DNA of 64,000 nt from an uncultured Phycisphaerales bacterium (GTDB lineage: Bacteria; Planctomycetota; Phycisphaerae; Sedimentisphaerales; Anaerobacaceae): positions 1,856,001 to 1,920,000 of the forward strand of contig OY970359.1 in assembly GCA_963718665.1 (NCBI GenBank), written 5' to 3'. The translations under genes were made by a program, and so were the position numbers. Below the pieces are notes generated by a model. It made no database searches and was not told where the DNA came from. It saw only the letters and a list, made by a program, of their open reading frames with translations. This document shows positions 36,362 through 45,651 of this stretch, in pieces (positions within the stretch are counted from its first letter, which is position 1; every line of letters begins with the position of its first letter).

Positions 36362-38044
36362 TTAGAACGACATAGCTTCTGCTTTTGCAAGTATTTCTTT
36401 GTCGCCGGGGTATTCGATAATCATAATCGATTCGAGGACCGGCTGAAAATCAGATGCTGATTGTTTAAACCACTGAACTTTTTGTGGCAGATTAGTAGAG
36501 TTATCCATAAAAATACGCCAACTCTTTTGCGTCGTTGAACCATCATAGGCCTTCTCGGCCCAACTCAGTTCATATACTTTAGTATTGCTGGTTTTAACGG
36601 TAAGCTCGGAATTCGTTATCTCAGACCACCTTGCGTCCGCGGGGATGTCGGCGGATTTGTCGAATGGCATTATGCCTAATGAACCGTAAATCATATTCCT
36701 TAAAGCGACAAGATTATCACTGCTCAATGAAATCTGCTTAATTGCGCCGGTGCCCAAATCTTTATTCTTTTTCACTCGCTCGAAAGCGCTCCAAAGTGTA
36801 AATTCATTTTTTGTCTTAATAATGTAAATCTCAGAACTTCTGGATACCCAAACCTCCTGCACGGGTTTTTGATTATCGGCAACAAAGCTGGAAATATGGA
36901 TATTCTTAACCACATCGATGGCCCTGTAAATCTGTTCAATGCCAAGACCTTTTGCGGTATGAACGTTAATAAACAGGCCTACTGCCACCATTATCACCGC
37001 TGCAACCGGAATCGCCACTTTCAATAGCGGTCTAATACTCTTTGATGCAGATTTGAGTTTTACGGTTGGTTCAAACTTCTCAGAATGTGGTTGCTCCCGG
37101 CTGTCCAAATTGGCCATTTCCACCCTTACAGGGAAACCAGCGTATATGCTTTCTGTCTCAACCTTGGCAGTTGTGTCTATGTGGAAGACCGTCGCAACGC
37201 CGGATTCGGGCCTGTCGGCAATGTCATAAATCGTCTTGTGCAATTGCTGGATTTTGTCAAGGCACTCGGCGCAGCAGACAATGTGTGTGGTTAAAGATTT
37301 GCGGAATTTGGCATATTCGTCGCTTGTCGGGTCTATGCCGTATGGAATACAATAATCAAAGACATCAATTGCTCCTACGGATGAACATGGGAAGATACTC
37401 TTCTGTGTTTCATTATCGCTATGCAGTATTTTTGTTTGTTCCAGGATTATCTGACGGAATTTGTACAGTTCCTGCCGACATTTAGGACATAAAGATAAAT
37501 GCCTTAAAGTTTTTGCATCTGTTCGGCCAAAGGCCATCGCAACAACAGTTGGGATTGCCTCACGAGCTGTGGTGCAATCTGTTTCGTCGGTATCAAGTTC
37601 ATCTGCAAACAATTCACTGAGGGTTATAAGCTGTTTGTGGCTGAGGCCCAGATTTTGCAGCTTTTTGGAATCCTCTTTACATTGGTCGCAGTTATCGATA
37701 TGGGCCGTTATGGGCGTAGGCATCCTGATTTGCGTCGTCGGAGCCAAAAGATTCGGCAAAAAAGGCCTTACATCAGCGCAATTAACGTGTTTACCCACAA
37801 ACGAAAAGTGCAGCTTGAGTATGGCGGTAGTCGCCATCTGACGTTGTACCATGTGTGTTTGTGGATGCTCTTTGCATTCGGCCAGCATTGCTTCAAGCCG
37901 GCTCATTTGCTCACGACAGTAAAGACATCCCATGATGTGGTCGATGACTTCGCTGGGAACAGACCGTTCGGTCTCATCACGTAAAAAGTCAAAGTAGTGC
38001 CGCTCGGCTTCCGCACAAAATTTGTTATAATTGGGTGCTATCAT
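36362..38044 (-). CDS. Membrane-anchored anti-sigma factor with four tandem HxxxCxxC zinc-finger motifs and a periplasmic domain
   Basis: HIMGCLYC, HIDNCDQC, HLSLCPKC, HIVCCAEC; TM VAIPVAAVIMVAVGLFI; overlaps the ECF gene; GAGG RBS before ATG 38044. Confidence 0.85.
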   Translation of the reverse strand: MIAPNYNKFCAEAERHYFDFLRDETERSVPSEVIDHIMGCLYCREQMSRLEAMLAECKEHPQTHMVQRQMATTAILKLHFSFVGKHVNCADVRPFLPNLLAPTTQIRMPTPITAHIDNCDQCKEDSKKLQNLGLSHKQLITLSELFADELDTDETDCTTAREAIPTVVAMAFGRTDAKTLRHLSLCPKCRQELYKFRQIILEQTKILHSDNETQKSIFPCSSVGAIDVFDYCIPYGIDPTSDEYAKFRKSLTTHIVCCAECLDKIQQLHKTIYDIADRPESGVATVFHIDTTAKVETESIYAGFPVRVEMANLDSREQPHSEKFEPTVKLKSASKSIRPLLKVAIPVAAVIMVAVGLFINVHTAKGLGIEQIYRAIDVVKNIHISSFVADNQKPVQEVWVSRSSEIYIIKTKNEFTLWSAFERVKKNKDLGTGAIKQISLSSDNLVALRNMIYGSLGIMPFDKSADIPADARWSEITNSELTVKTSNTKVYELSWAEKAYDGSTTQKSWRIFMDNSTNLPQKVQWFKQSASDFQPVLESIMIIEYPGDKEILAKAEAMSF

Positions 38045-38624
38045 CTTCAACCTCTTGTTCAATTGCCAGAAATTTTTTAACCTTCCTAAGCCCGGTGGAA
38101 ATATATCTTACTACAGAACGATCATCAATACTCATTCTGTCAGCCGCTTCTTTTATGGATAAATCATCACAGTATCTTGATGCAATAGCTTTAAATTCAT
38201 TCTTCGTTACCCGATTTCTGATTAATTCTATCATCCGATCTGCCAGCTCTTTCTCTATTAAGGCGTCTTCGGGCAGCCGATTGTTGACGGTTATTTTGTT
38301 ATAATTGGCACATCTGTGTGTCATTTCCTGGTATTTTTTGAGGTGTCGGATATGGTCTGTTGTATCATTGATTATCGCCCTGTAGATATAACCTTTGATG
38401 TCCTGCACTTCCGCCGGGACAGGTCTTGATGCAAGCGAAAGGAAGAAATTATGGAACAAATCTTCGGCCATGCTTTCATCCTTAATTTTGTGGCGAATAA
38501 CAGCGCGGATAAAATCGCCGTGCTCAAAAAAGATTACCGTGGCACGTTGAACGTCGCCTGATACGTCACACCCCTGTTCTATGGTGTTCTTTTCGCTCAC
38601 CTGCGACTCACTCCCAAAAGGCAA
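38025..38624 (-). CDS. ECF sigma factor (start uncertain)
   Basis: AEDLFHNFFLSL, YIYRAIINDTTDHIR (region 2); LSIKEAADRMSIDDRSVVRYISTGLRKVK (region 4). Confidence 0.9.
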   Translation of the reverse strand: MPFGSESQVSEKNTIEQGCDVSGDVQRATVIFFEHGDFIRAVIRHKIKDESMAEDLFHNFFLSLASRPVPAEVQDIKGYIYRAIINDTTDHIRHLKKYQEMTHRCANYNKITVNNRLPEDALIEKELADRMIELIRNRVTKNEFKAIASRYCDDLSIKEAADRMSIDDRSVVRYISTGLRKVKKFLAIEQEVEDDSTQL

Positions 38625-38798
38625 AGAATCCGAATATAAACAGCCATATTACCAAATATGCCTTTTCTTATCAAGGGTAAGGTTTTGGCTAAATCATGCT
38701 GAATGGATTGATATTTGGGTGTGGTGATTAGTTCAATACTGAGTGTAGCTCTTAATATGCCTTGCTGGCTTTAAAAAAATCTCCTTTTTCCTTAGCCA

Positions 38799-38815
38799 GT
38801 GACAGGTTTTGACAC
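38799..38815. promoter_or_regulatory. Candidate WYL-regulator operator upstream of the ECF gene
   Basis: GTGACAGGTTTTGACAC, a near-palindrome. Confidence 0.45.
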
Positions 38816-39511
38816 TCCAGGTGTAAATTTCCTAAGATTTTCGTGCTTTTAGGCGATGTAGAGAATAGGCCTCCTTAGATTTTTGCTCGCTGGGCTTGGA
38901 ATGGGTGGGCTGGGAAAGAGCTTTGTGGGGATGAAGCTTTTCCCGGCCCACTTGGCCTCGTCCTTGCTGTGCCGTGAGTGGTCGTGATGCTCAAACCTGT
39001 AAAATTCGGATAGATAGTCCGATGGCATAAAATCATAAGCCGTTGAAAACATAGAACTTACAAACTCGCAGCCCCTCTGCTTACAAATAATTTAAGGACG
39101 ACAAGGCGGCTTAGATAGGCATAAATTGCTTCTCTTTTTCATTTTCTTAAACTGCTTGCCATTAGGGATGTGTGGATTACTATCACTTTGGTATCAAAAT
39201 CGAAAATACACCTGGAATCGTAAAAGAACTTTTCATAGCATCACAACCTGAGCAGATGTCTGGTTTTTATTACTGCTTGATGATTTGTTTTCGGTCGGTT
39301 TGCCTTTCGGTTGCTACGATGTTCACTTTCGGGGACATATCTATTGTCAACGCGCAATTTGGGTGGGCTACGGGGATTTCTACCAGCAATAATGAAGGCC
39401 CAGAGAATGATGTGCAAAATGCGGAATCGTGTTGCACGGCTTCGCACACAGGCGGAGAATCTGCGAAATTCAACACAGAACAACACATTACGACACAATG
39501 CGAAGGGGTAG

Positions 39512-39585
39512 TGGGCGATACAGGGTTCGAACCTGTGACCTCACGGGTGTGATCCGTGCGCTCTAACCAGCTGAGCTAATCGCCC
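39512..39585 (-). tRNA. tRNA-Val(CAC)
   Basis: GGGCGAT/ATCGCCC acceptor, GCTC/GAGC D stem, CACGG-ATCACAC-CCGTG anticodon arm, ACAGG-TTCGAAC-CCTGT T arm. CCA not encoded. Confidence 0.96.
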
Positions 39586-39650
39586 TGCACAATCATATTA
39601 GAAACGATTCGGCCTGTTATTGTCAAGTCCAAACGCGGGCATACTTTCGC

Positions 39651-40064
39651 TTACAGACCTTCGTTTGCCAGCAGATTAACGCGTCCAAGCTTGACGCCCT
39701 TAATGCTTATGAGTTTTTCGCCCATTTTGTTTATCTCGCCGACCTTGCCGCGCAGGACTATTACCTCAAGACAATTGTGATGGTCCAGATGAACGTGCAG
39801 AGAAGAAATAGTTTTCAGGACATGCGAATGCTGAAGCTCCGTCAGCCGTTCCATAATCGCGGCTGCGTGATGGTCATACACCAGGACAACCGCGGCGACC
39901 GCCTCGGCCTTGTCATTTCGCAGCCGATTATCGCTTAACTGCTGCCTTATTAAATCGCGTATTGCTTCCGACCGGCTCTGATAACCCTTCTCGGCAATCA
40001 ACTTGTCGAATGCTCCGAGCAATTCTTTCTCAAGCGACACACCAACTCGCTCTATACCCGCCAT
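39651..40064 (-). CDS. nikR: Nickel-responsive regulator NikR
   Basis: RVGVSL, SRSEAIRDLIR, YDHH, HVHLDHHNCLEV. Confidence 0.95.
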   Translation of the reverse strand: MAGIERVGVSLEKELLGAFDKLIAEKGYQSRSEAIRDLIRQQLSDNRLRNDKAEAVAAVVLVYDHHAAAIMERLTELQHSHVLKTISSLHVHLDHHNCLEVIVLRGKVGEINKMGEKLISIKGVKLGRVNLLANEGL

Positions 40065-40100
40065 TACATTTCTCCTGCAATACCCGTTGAGGTTCGCAAA

Positions 40101-41900
40101 CTAATCCCTGCTTGTTACATAAACTGCCTGCTCGGCGAAAAGATTCGGCACAAACTTCACCTGGCTGCCCCGCGTTTCGCTCAGCGCTATTTTCTTTTCA
40201 ACCTTTACGCCGAGCTTGTTGCAAAATCTGTCAAAATCCTTAATAGTGAAGAAGTGCACGTTCGGCGAATTATACCATTCGAAAGGCAGGTTGCCCGTTA
40301 CCGGCGCCTTGCCCAGAATCGCCATTTGTAATCTGCACCGCCAGTGCGCGAAATTCGGGAAGCTGACAATCACCTTTTTGCCGACCCGCAGCATTTCGAG
40401 AAGCGCCTTCTCGGGATTTTTCAGCGTCTGCACCGTCTGCGATAATATCACATAATCGAAGCTCTTGTCGGCATAATAATCAAGCCCCTGCTCGACATCC
40501 TGCTGGATAACAGGTAATCCCCGGCAGACACAATCCAGCACAAATTCCTGGCCAAGCTCGACGCCTTCGCCTTTTATGTGTTTGTCCCGGACAAGATTTG
40601 CAAGCAGTTCCCCGCTGCCACAGCCAACGTCAAGCACGCTGCTTCCCGGCTCTATGAGGGATTCAATGAGGTCATAATCGACACGCGCCCTTTGCGGCTG
40701 GTCAAAAACATCCAGCCCTTGTCCTCGCTTCGCGATACAGGAACATGGTTTGCGATTCTGCGGGTCATAGGTCGCTTTCAGAAAACAGCAGATAAGTTGT
40801 CCAAGTGTGTCAATCTCCAGCAAAAACGCGTCGTGACCATAAGGCGAGGCGATATCGCAGTAGCTGACATCCTTGCGATTCGCGGCAATCGCTTCGGCTA
40901 TCGCCCTCGATTGCGCAGGCGTGAAAAGCCAGTCGCTCGACAAGCTCACGACCAGAAATCGGCTTTTCGCGTTAGCGAACGCCTGTTGCAGTGAGCCGTA
41001 GTCCTTTGTAAGGTCGAAATAATCCGACGCCTTGGTAATGTAAAGGTAACTGTTGGCGTCGAAACGCTCGACGAAGCTCTGCCCCTGATAATCAAGATAC
41101 GTCTCGACGGCGAACTCCGAGGCAAAATCATATTTATAGTCGTCGGCAGTCCGAAGTTTTCTGCCGAATTTATCACGCATACTCTCTTCGGACAAATACG
41201 TAATATGCCCTATCATCCTGGCGATGCCAAGCCCCTGTGCGGGCTGGCCGGTTTCGTGGTATTGCCCGTCGGCAAAATTATGGTCCGCCAGTATCGCGTT
41301 TCGCCCCACCGCGTCAAACGCTATCGATTGTGCGCTTAAATGGCTTGTCGTCGCTATCGGTATCGCTGCTTTGACAAAATCCGGATACGAAATCGTCCAC
41401 TGCAAAACCTGCATCCCGCCTATCGAGCCGCCAATCACGGACAATAATTTTTTTACGCCGAGCTTATCGAGCAGGAGCTTTTGAACCTTCACCATATCTG
41501 TTATTGTGATAATCGGGAAATCAAGCCCGTACGGTTTGCCGGTTTTGGGGTTAATCGAAGATGGCCCAGTTGTTCCGGAACACCCGCCTAAAAAATTCGA
41601 GCAAATCACAAAATATTTATTGGTATCGATACCCTTTCCCGGCCCGACCGTATTATCCCACCAGCCGGGTTTGCGGTCATCAGGACTGTTTAATCCCGCA
41701 ACGTGGGCGTTGCCGCTGAGGGCATGGCAAACCAGGACAACATTATCCCCCGTCGCGTCGGGCTTGCCGTATGTTTCGTATGCCACGTCAATAGGCCCAA
41801 GCGTCTTGCCGCACGCGAGTTCCAGCGGATTATTCTCTTCGACAACCCGTATTATCTGCGTTTTAACTATACCAACCGAGTTTTCCTTCGAGTTTGCCAT
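40101..41900 (-). CDS. metX: Homoserine O-acetyltransferase fused to MetW methyltransferase
   Basis: CHALSG, GGSIGG, GHDAFL. C-terminal LDVGCGSG, ILSQT.Q, VSFPNFAHW (MetW). Confidence 0.95.
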   Translation of the reverse strand: MANSKENSVGIVKTQIIRVVEENNPLELACGKTLGPIDVAYETYGKPDATGDNVVLVCHALSGNAHVAGLNSPDDRKPGWWDNTVGPGKGIDTNKYFVICSNFLGGCSGTTGPSSINPKTGKPYGLDFPIITITDMVKVQKLLLDKLGVKKLLSVIGGSIGGMQVLQWTISYPDFVKAAIPIATTSHLSAQSIAFDAVGRNAILADHNFADGQYHETGQPAQGLGIARMIGHITYLSEESMRDKFGRKLRTADDYKYDFASEFAVETYLDYQGQSFVERFDANSYLYITKASDYFDLTKDYGSLQQAFANAKSRFLVVSLSSDWLFTPAQSRAIAEAIAANRKDVSYCDIASPYGHDAFLLEIDTLGQLICCFLKATYDPQNRKPCSCIAKRGQGLDVFDQPQRARVDYDLIESLIEPGSSVLDVGCGSGELLANLVRDKHIKGEGVELGQEFVLDCVCRGLPVIQQDVEQGLDYYADKSFDYVILSQTVQTLKNPEKALLEMLRVGKKVIVSFPNFAHWRCRLQMAILGKAPVTGNLPFEWYNSPNVHFFTIKDFDRFCNKLGVKVEKKIALSETRGSQVKFVPNLFAEQAVYVTSRD

Positions 41901-42005
41901 AATAAGCCCCAGTATACCTCAAATCACCGGCCTGTAAAGGATATGGCTGTCCTTATTCAATGCCTTTGGGGCATAATTTTATATTCCGATTGTCGCCAAA
42001 AACAC

Positions 42006-42034
42006 TTGACACAGCCGCGTCGTATATGTAGATT
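42006..42034 (+). promoter_or_regulatory. Sigma70-type promoter
   Basis: TTGACA-N17-TAGATT. Confidence 0.7.
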
Positions 42035-42103
42035 GTCACGTAATGGTGTCGTCCCTCGATGGGGATATATTATGACACCGAGCTTTTGTGAAAGGGGACA
42101 CAA

Positions 42104-42298
42104 ATGGCAAAGAAAAGAACTCCTAGAGGACAGTGGAGCAAACGGGACCTCAGTATGCTCAAAAAGTTGTTTCCCGTAACCGCCACTTCCAAAATCGCCA
42201 AAAAGGTTGGGCGCAAGACCGACGCCGTAAAAAAGAAGGCGTCCAGAATGGGACTTAAAAAGTCAAAGGCCTATCTGCGTCGCATCGGCAGGGCATAA
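42104..42298 (+). CDS. Small basic Myb/SANT-like HTH protein
   Basis: WSKRDLSMLKKLFP...IAKKVGRKTDAVKKKASRMGL; AAGGGG RBS; own promoter. Confidence 0.8.
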   Translation: MAKKRTPRGQWSKRDLSMLKKLFPVTATSKIAKKVGRKTDAVKKKASRMGLKKSKAYLRRIGRA

Positions 42299-42415
42299 CA
42301 TCTCGATAGTAACCGGGAGAAAAGCTCCGGGGAACGTCGAAGGGTTTGATTTCGCCTGCACAATTCAATATACTGAATCGGCGAAGCCGCAAGGTATATA
42401 TAGCAGGTAAAACCT

Positions 42416-43450
42416 ATGACAGCCCAGCGACATCTAAGACAAGCCGTCTTGTGGGAACAGGCACAAGGCAATAAGGTGCAGTGTTTTCTTTGCGCGCACC
42501 GTTGCCTGATTGGCGAGGGCAAAACCGGTATATGCGCCGTCCGCAGGAATATCGGGGGCGTTCTGTATTCGCTCAATTACGACAAGGTTGTCTCGGCGAA
42601 TCCCGACCCGATAGAGAAAAAGCCGTTGTTTCATTTCCAGCCGGGAAGTAAGAGTTTTTCGATTGCGACGATGGGCTGCAACTTCCGCTGCGAATTCTGC
42701 CAGAACTGGCAGATAAGCCAGGCGGTCGTCGAAACCGGCGAATTTGAGGGCGAGGCCATAAGCCCGGAACAAATTGTAAACGCCGCCATTCAGTACGGCT
42801 GCAGAAGCATTTCCTACACATATACCGAACCGACCATTTTTATGGAACTGGCCGCCGACTGCGCCAGATTGGCAAAGCAACACGGTCTGAAAAACGTCTT
42901 CGTCAGCAATGGATATCAGACCAGGGAGGCGATTGATTTCGCAGCCGAGTGGTTGGATGCAATCAATTTGGACCTCAAGGCCTTCAGCGAGGATTATTAT
43001 CACCGGCTGTGCAAGGCAAAGCTCCAGCCCGTCCTTGATACTATTGAATACATCGCCAAACATACCAATATATGGATGGAAACGACAACGCTGCTGCTGC
43101 CCGATGAAAATGATTCCGATGAGGAATTAAAACAGCTTGCCGATTTCCTTGTTACAAAAGCTGGCCCCGATTTCCCCTGGCACGTCAGCAGATTTTACCC
43201 GCAATATAAATATACCAACTCCCAGCCCACATCGCCCAAATCGCTCCAGCGGGCTTATGAAATCGGCAAACAGGCAGGCCTGCACTACGTCTATCTTGGC
43301 AACGTCCCCGGCTCAAAGCAGGAAAATACATATTGTTACAAATGCGGCCACCCGCTCATCGAACGAATCGGCTATAATGTCGCCTCGAACAAAATTAAAA
43401 AATCAACCTGCCCCGATTGCGGCACCCAAATCGCCGGGCGATGGGAATAG
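42416..43450 (+). CDS. amrS: AmmeMemoRadiSam system radical SAM enzyme
   Basis: CFLCAHRC, DPIEKKPLFHF.PG, CNFRCEFCQNWQISQ, YTYTEP. Confidence 0.93.
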   Translation: MTAQRHLRQAVLWEQAQGNKVQCFLCAHRCLIGEGKTGICAVRRNIGGVLYSLNYDKVVSANPDPIEKKPLFHFQPGSKSFSIATMGCNFRCEFCQNWQISQAVVETGEFEGEAISPEQIVNAAIQYGCRSISYTYTEPTIFMELAADCARLAKQHGLKNVFVSNGYQTREAIDFAAEWLDAINLDLKAFSEDYYHRLCKAKLQPVLDTIEYIAKHTNIWMETTTLLLPDENDSDEELKQLADFLVTKAGPDFPWHVSRFYPQYKYTNSQPTSPKSLQRAYEIGKQAGLHYVYLGNVPGSKQENTYCYKCGHPLIERIGYNVASNKIKKSTCPDCGTQIAGRWE

Positions 43451-43456
43451 TAAACA

Positions 43457-44600
43457 ATGAAAATTATCGCGGATGAAAATATACCGTTTGTCAAAGAATG
43501 CTTCGCATCAATAGGCGACGTTCAAACGCTATCCGGCAGAAAAAATAGCTCCTGATGCGATAGCAGAAGCGGATATTCTGCTTGTCCGCAGCATTACGCC
43601 GGTGAATGAAAAGCTTCTGGCCGGCAGCAAGGTCAAATTCGTTGCCACCGCGACAATCGGTTTCGAGCACGTCGATGTCGATTATCTGAAAAATCGAGGC
43701 ATTAGCTTCGCCTCGGCGCCCGGCTCAAATGCAAACTCGGTCGCTGATTATATTGTAGCAGCATTGCTCTCTGTTGCTCAAAAACACAAAATAACCCTCG
43801 AAGGCAAATCTGTCGGTGTTGTCGGCGTCGGCAACGTCGGCAGCAAAGTCGCAAAAAAGTGTGCCGCCCTTGGTATGAAGGTTAAACTCAACGACCCGCC
43901 ATTATCCCGCCAAACCGGCGATGCAAAATACCGGCCCATCAATGAGCTTTTTGATTGCGACTTCATAACATTGCACGCGCCTTTGACCCGTGAAGGACAG
44001 GACAAAACATACCATTTGGCAGATGAGAAATTTTTAGCGTCTCTCAAAACCGGCTGTGTCTTCATAAATACCTGTCGCGGGGCCGTTCACGATACTGCCG
44101 CACTCAAGGCCGCTATACAAAATAAAAAACTTGGCGCGGTTATTCTCGACGTCTGGGAAAACGAGCCGAATATCGATTGTGAATTGCTTCGGCTTGTTGA
44201 TATTTCCACGCCTCATATCGCCGGCTATTCTCTCGATGGCAAAATAGGGGGGATGATTATGATTTACAATGCCGCCTGCGAACACTTCGGCTTAAAACCA
44301 AAACACAAAATCGAGGATTTCCTTCCGTCGCCGACGGTGCCGCAAATAACAATTGATAAAATCGACACCGACCCGCAAAAGCTTCTTTACGAAATCGTTC
44401 AGCAGGTTTATGTAATCAACCGTGACGATTTCAACACGCGTGAAATTGCTATGGTAGAACAGGAAAAAAGAGGGAAATTCTTCGACGACCTCCGTAAAAA
44501 TTACCCTGTCCGCAGAGAATTTCAAAATACCAAAATCATAATGACTTCAGAAAACGCCTTGAAAACCAAGTTAAGCGGAATAGGGTTTCAAATAAAATAA
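43457..44600 (+). pseudogene. pdxB: 4-phosphoerythronate dehydrogenase PdxB with a one-base insertion in an A6 run (43540-43545)
   Basis: MKIIADENIP...SGRK, then the frame changes to IAPDAIAEADILLVRS...ATATIG, GVGNVG, TPHIAGYS. Confidence 0.88.
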
Positions 44601-45458
44601 ATGGCAGGCAATACCAAAAATACTCTCAAATGGCCGACGGGCAAACTGGACTTTTCCAGTGGTTGCCTTCTGATGGGCGTTCTTAATGTTACGCCCGATT
44701 CATTCAGCGACGGCGGACAATTTATCGACCGCGATAAGGCCATCGAACAGGGTATTAAAATGGTCGAAAACGGGGCGGCGATAATCGACGTCGGCCCCGA
44801 ATCCACAAGACCAGGTGCAGAATCCGTTTCAGCCGACGAGCAAATAAAACGCGCTATTCCCGTCATAAGCACAATTGCAAAAAAAACAAAGACCTGCATA
44901 AGTATCGATACGACAAATTACGAGGTCGCCAGGGCAGCGTTAGACGCCGGGGCAAATATCATAAACGACATCACCGCTTTAGCGGATGAGCGAATGGCGC
45001 AATTGGCCGCCAAACGAAAAGTCCCCGTGATTCTGATGCATATGCGGGGAACACCGCGGACGATGCAGGCCGAGCCGAAATATAAAGACGTGGTCAGCGA
45101 GGTTTTGAAATTTTTGCTCGATAAAGCAAAGCGTGCTGAAAAATCAGGAATACCTAAAGAGCGAATCTTCATCGACCCAGGCATCGGCTTCGGCAAGACC
45201 GTCGAGCATAATCTCAAGCTTTTGGCCAATATCGATAAACTCATAAAGACCGGCTACCGCGTCCTTGTCGGCCCAAGCAGGAAATGGTTTATCGGTAAAT
45301 TAACGGGCAAAGAAAATCCTGCCGACAGGATCTTCGGCACCGCCGCTGCCGTCGCACTTTGTGCCTCCGCGGGCGTATCAATTATACGCGTCCACGATGT
45401 TGCAGAAATGCTTGATGTTGTTAAAATTACAAACGCGATAATAAAAGAAAAGGTGTGA
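44601..45458 (+). CDS. folP: Dihydropteroate synthase
   Basis: MGVLNVTPDSFSDGG, DPGIGFGK, SRK, RVHDV. Confidence 0.97.
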   Translation: MAGNTKNTLKWPTGKLDFSSGCLLMGVLNVTPDSFSDGGQFIDRDKAIEQGIKMVENGAAIIDVGPESTRPGAESVSADEQIKRAIPVISTIAKKTKTCISIDTTNYEVARAALDAGANIINDITALADERMAQLAAKRKVPVILMHMRGTPRTMQAEPKYKDVVSEVLKFLLDKAKRAEKSGIPKERIFIDPGIGFGKTVEHNLKLLANIDKLIKTGYRVLVGPSRKWFIGKLTGKENPADRIFGTAAAVALCASAGVSIIRVHDVAEMLDVVKITNAIIKEKV

Positions 45459-45459
45459 T

Positions 45460-45627
45460 ATGGGTATAAGCAGTCATTTAGGTATGGTCCTTCTGGTGAT
45501 AATAGGGATGGCAACAGTCATCGGCGTTATCATCATAGCGACGATTGAAGCGAGACGCGCGGACAGCGGAAAACCTTCGATATTGCCGAACTCGCCGGAA
45601 ACCACGACGGATAAGAAAAAGAATTAA
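45460..45627 (+). CDS. 55-aa single-pass membrane protein (not in ORF track)
   Basis: MGISSHLGMVLLVIIGMATVIGVIIIATIEARRADSGKPSILPNSPETTTDKKKN; starts 1 nt after the folP stop, preceded by AAGGTG. Confidence 0.6.
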   Translation: MGISSHLGMVLLVIIGMATVIGVIIIATIEARRADSGKPSILPNSPETTTDKKKN

Positions 45628-45651
45628 CCGCAAACCTTGCCCGCTGTTTAA

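Larger units (their letters stand above)
29604..39532. mobile_element. tRNA-Val-integrated genomic island, ~9.9 kb, no intact integrase seen
   Basis: Flanking tRNA 3'-end repeats, decayed ORFs at both ends, accessory gene content. Looks more AT-rich than the flanks (not computed). Confidence 0.8.

Noticed and set aside
38849..39052. 67-aa ORF upstream of the island ECF gene
   Set aside because: No recognisable motif or clear RBS. Left uncalled, although the weak promoter variant at 39103-39131 points into it.
39172..39552. 126-aa ORF as a functional gene or integrase
   Set aside because: No catalytic motifs, and it runs antisense into the tRNA. Treated only as a possible remnant.
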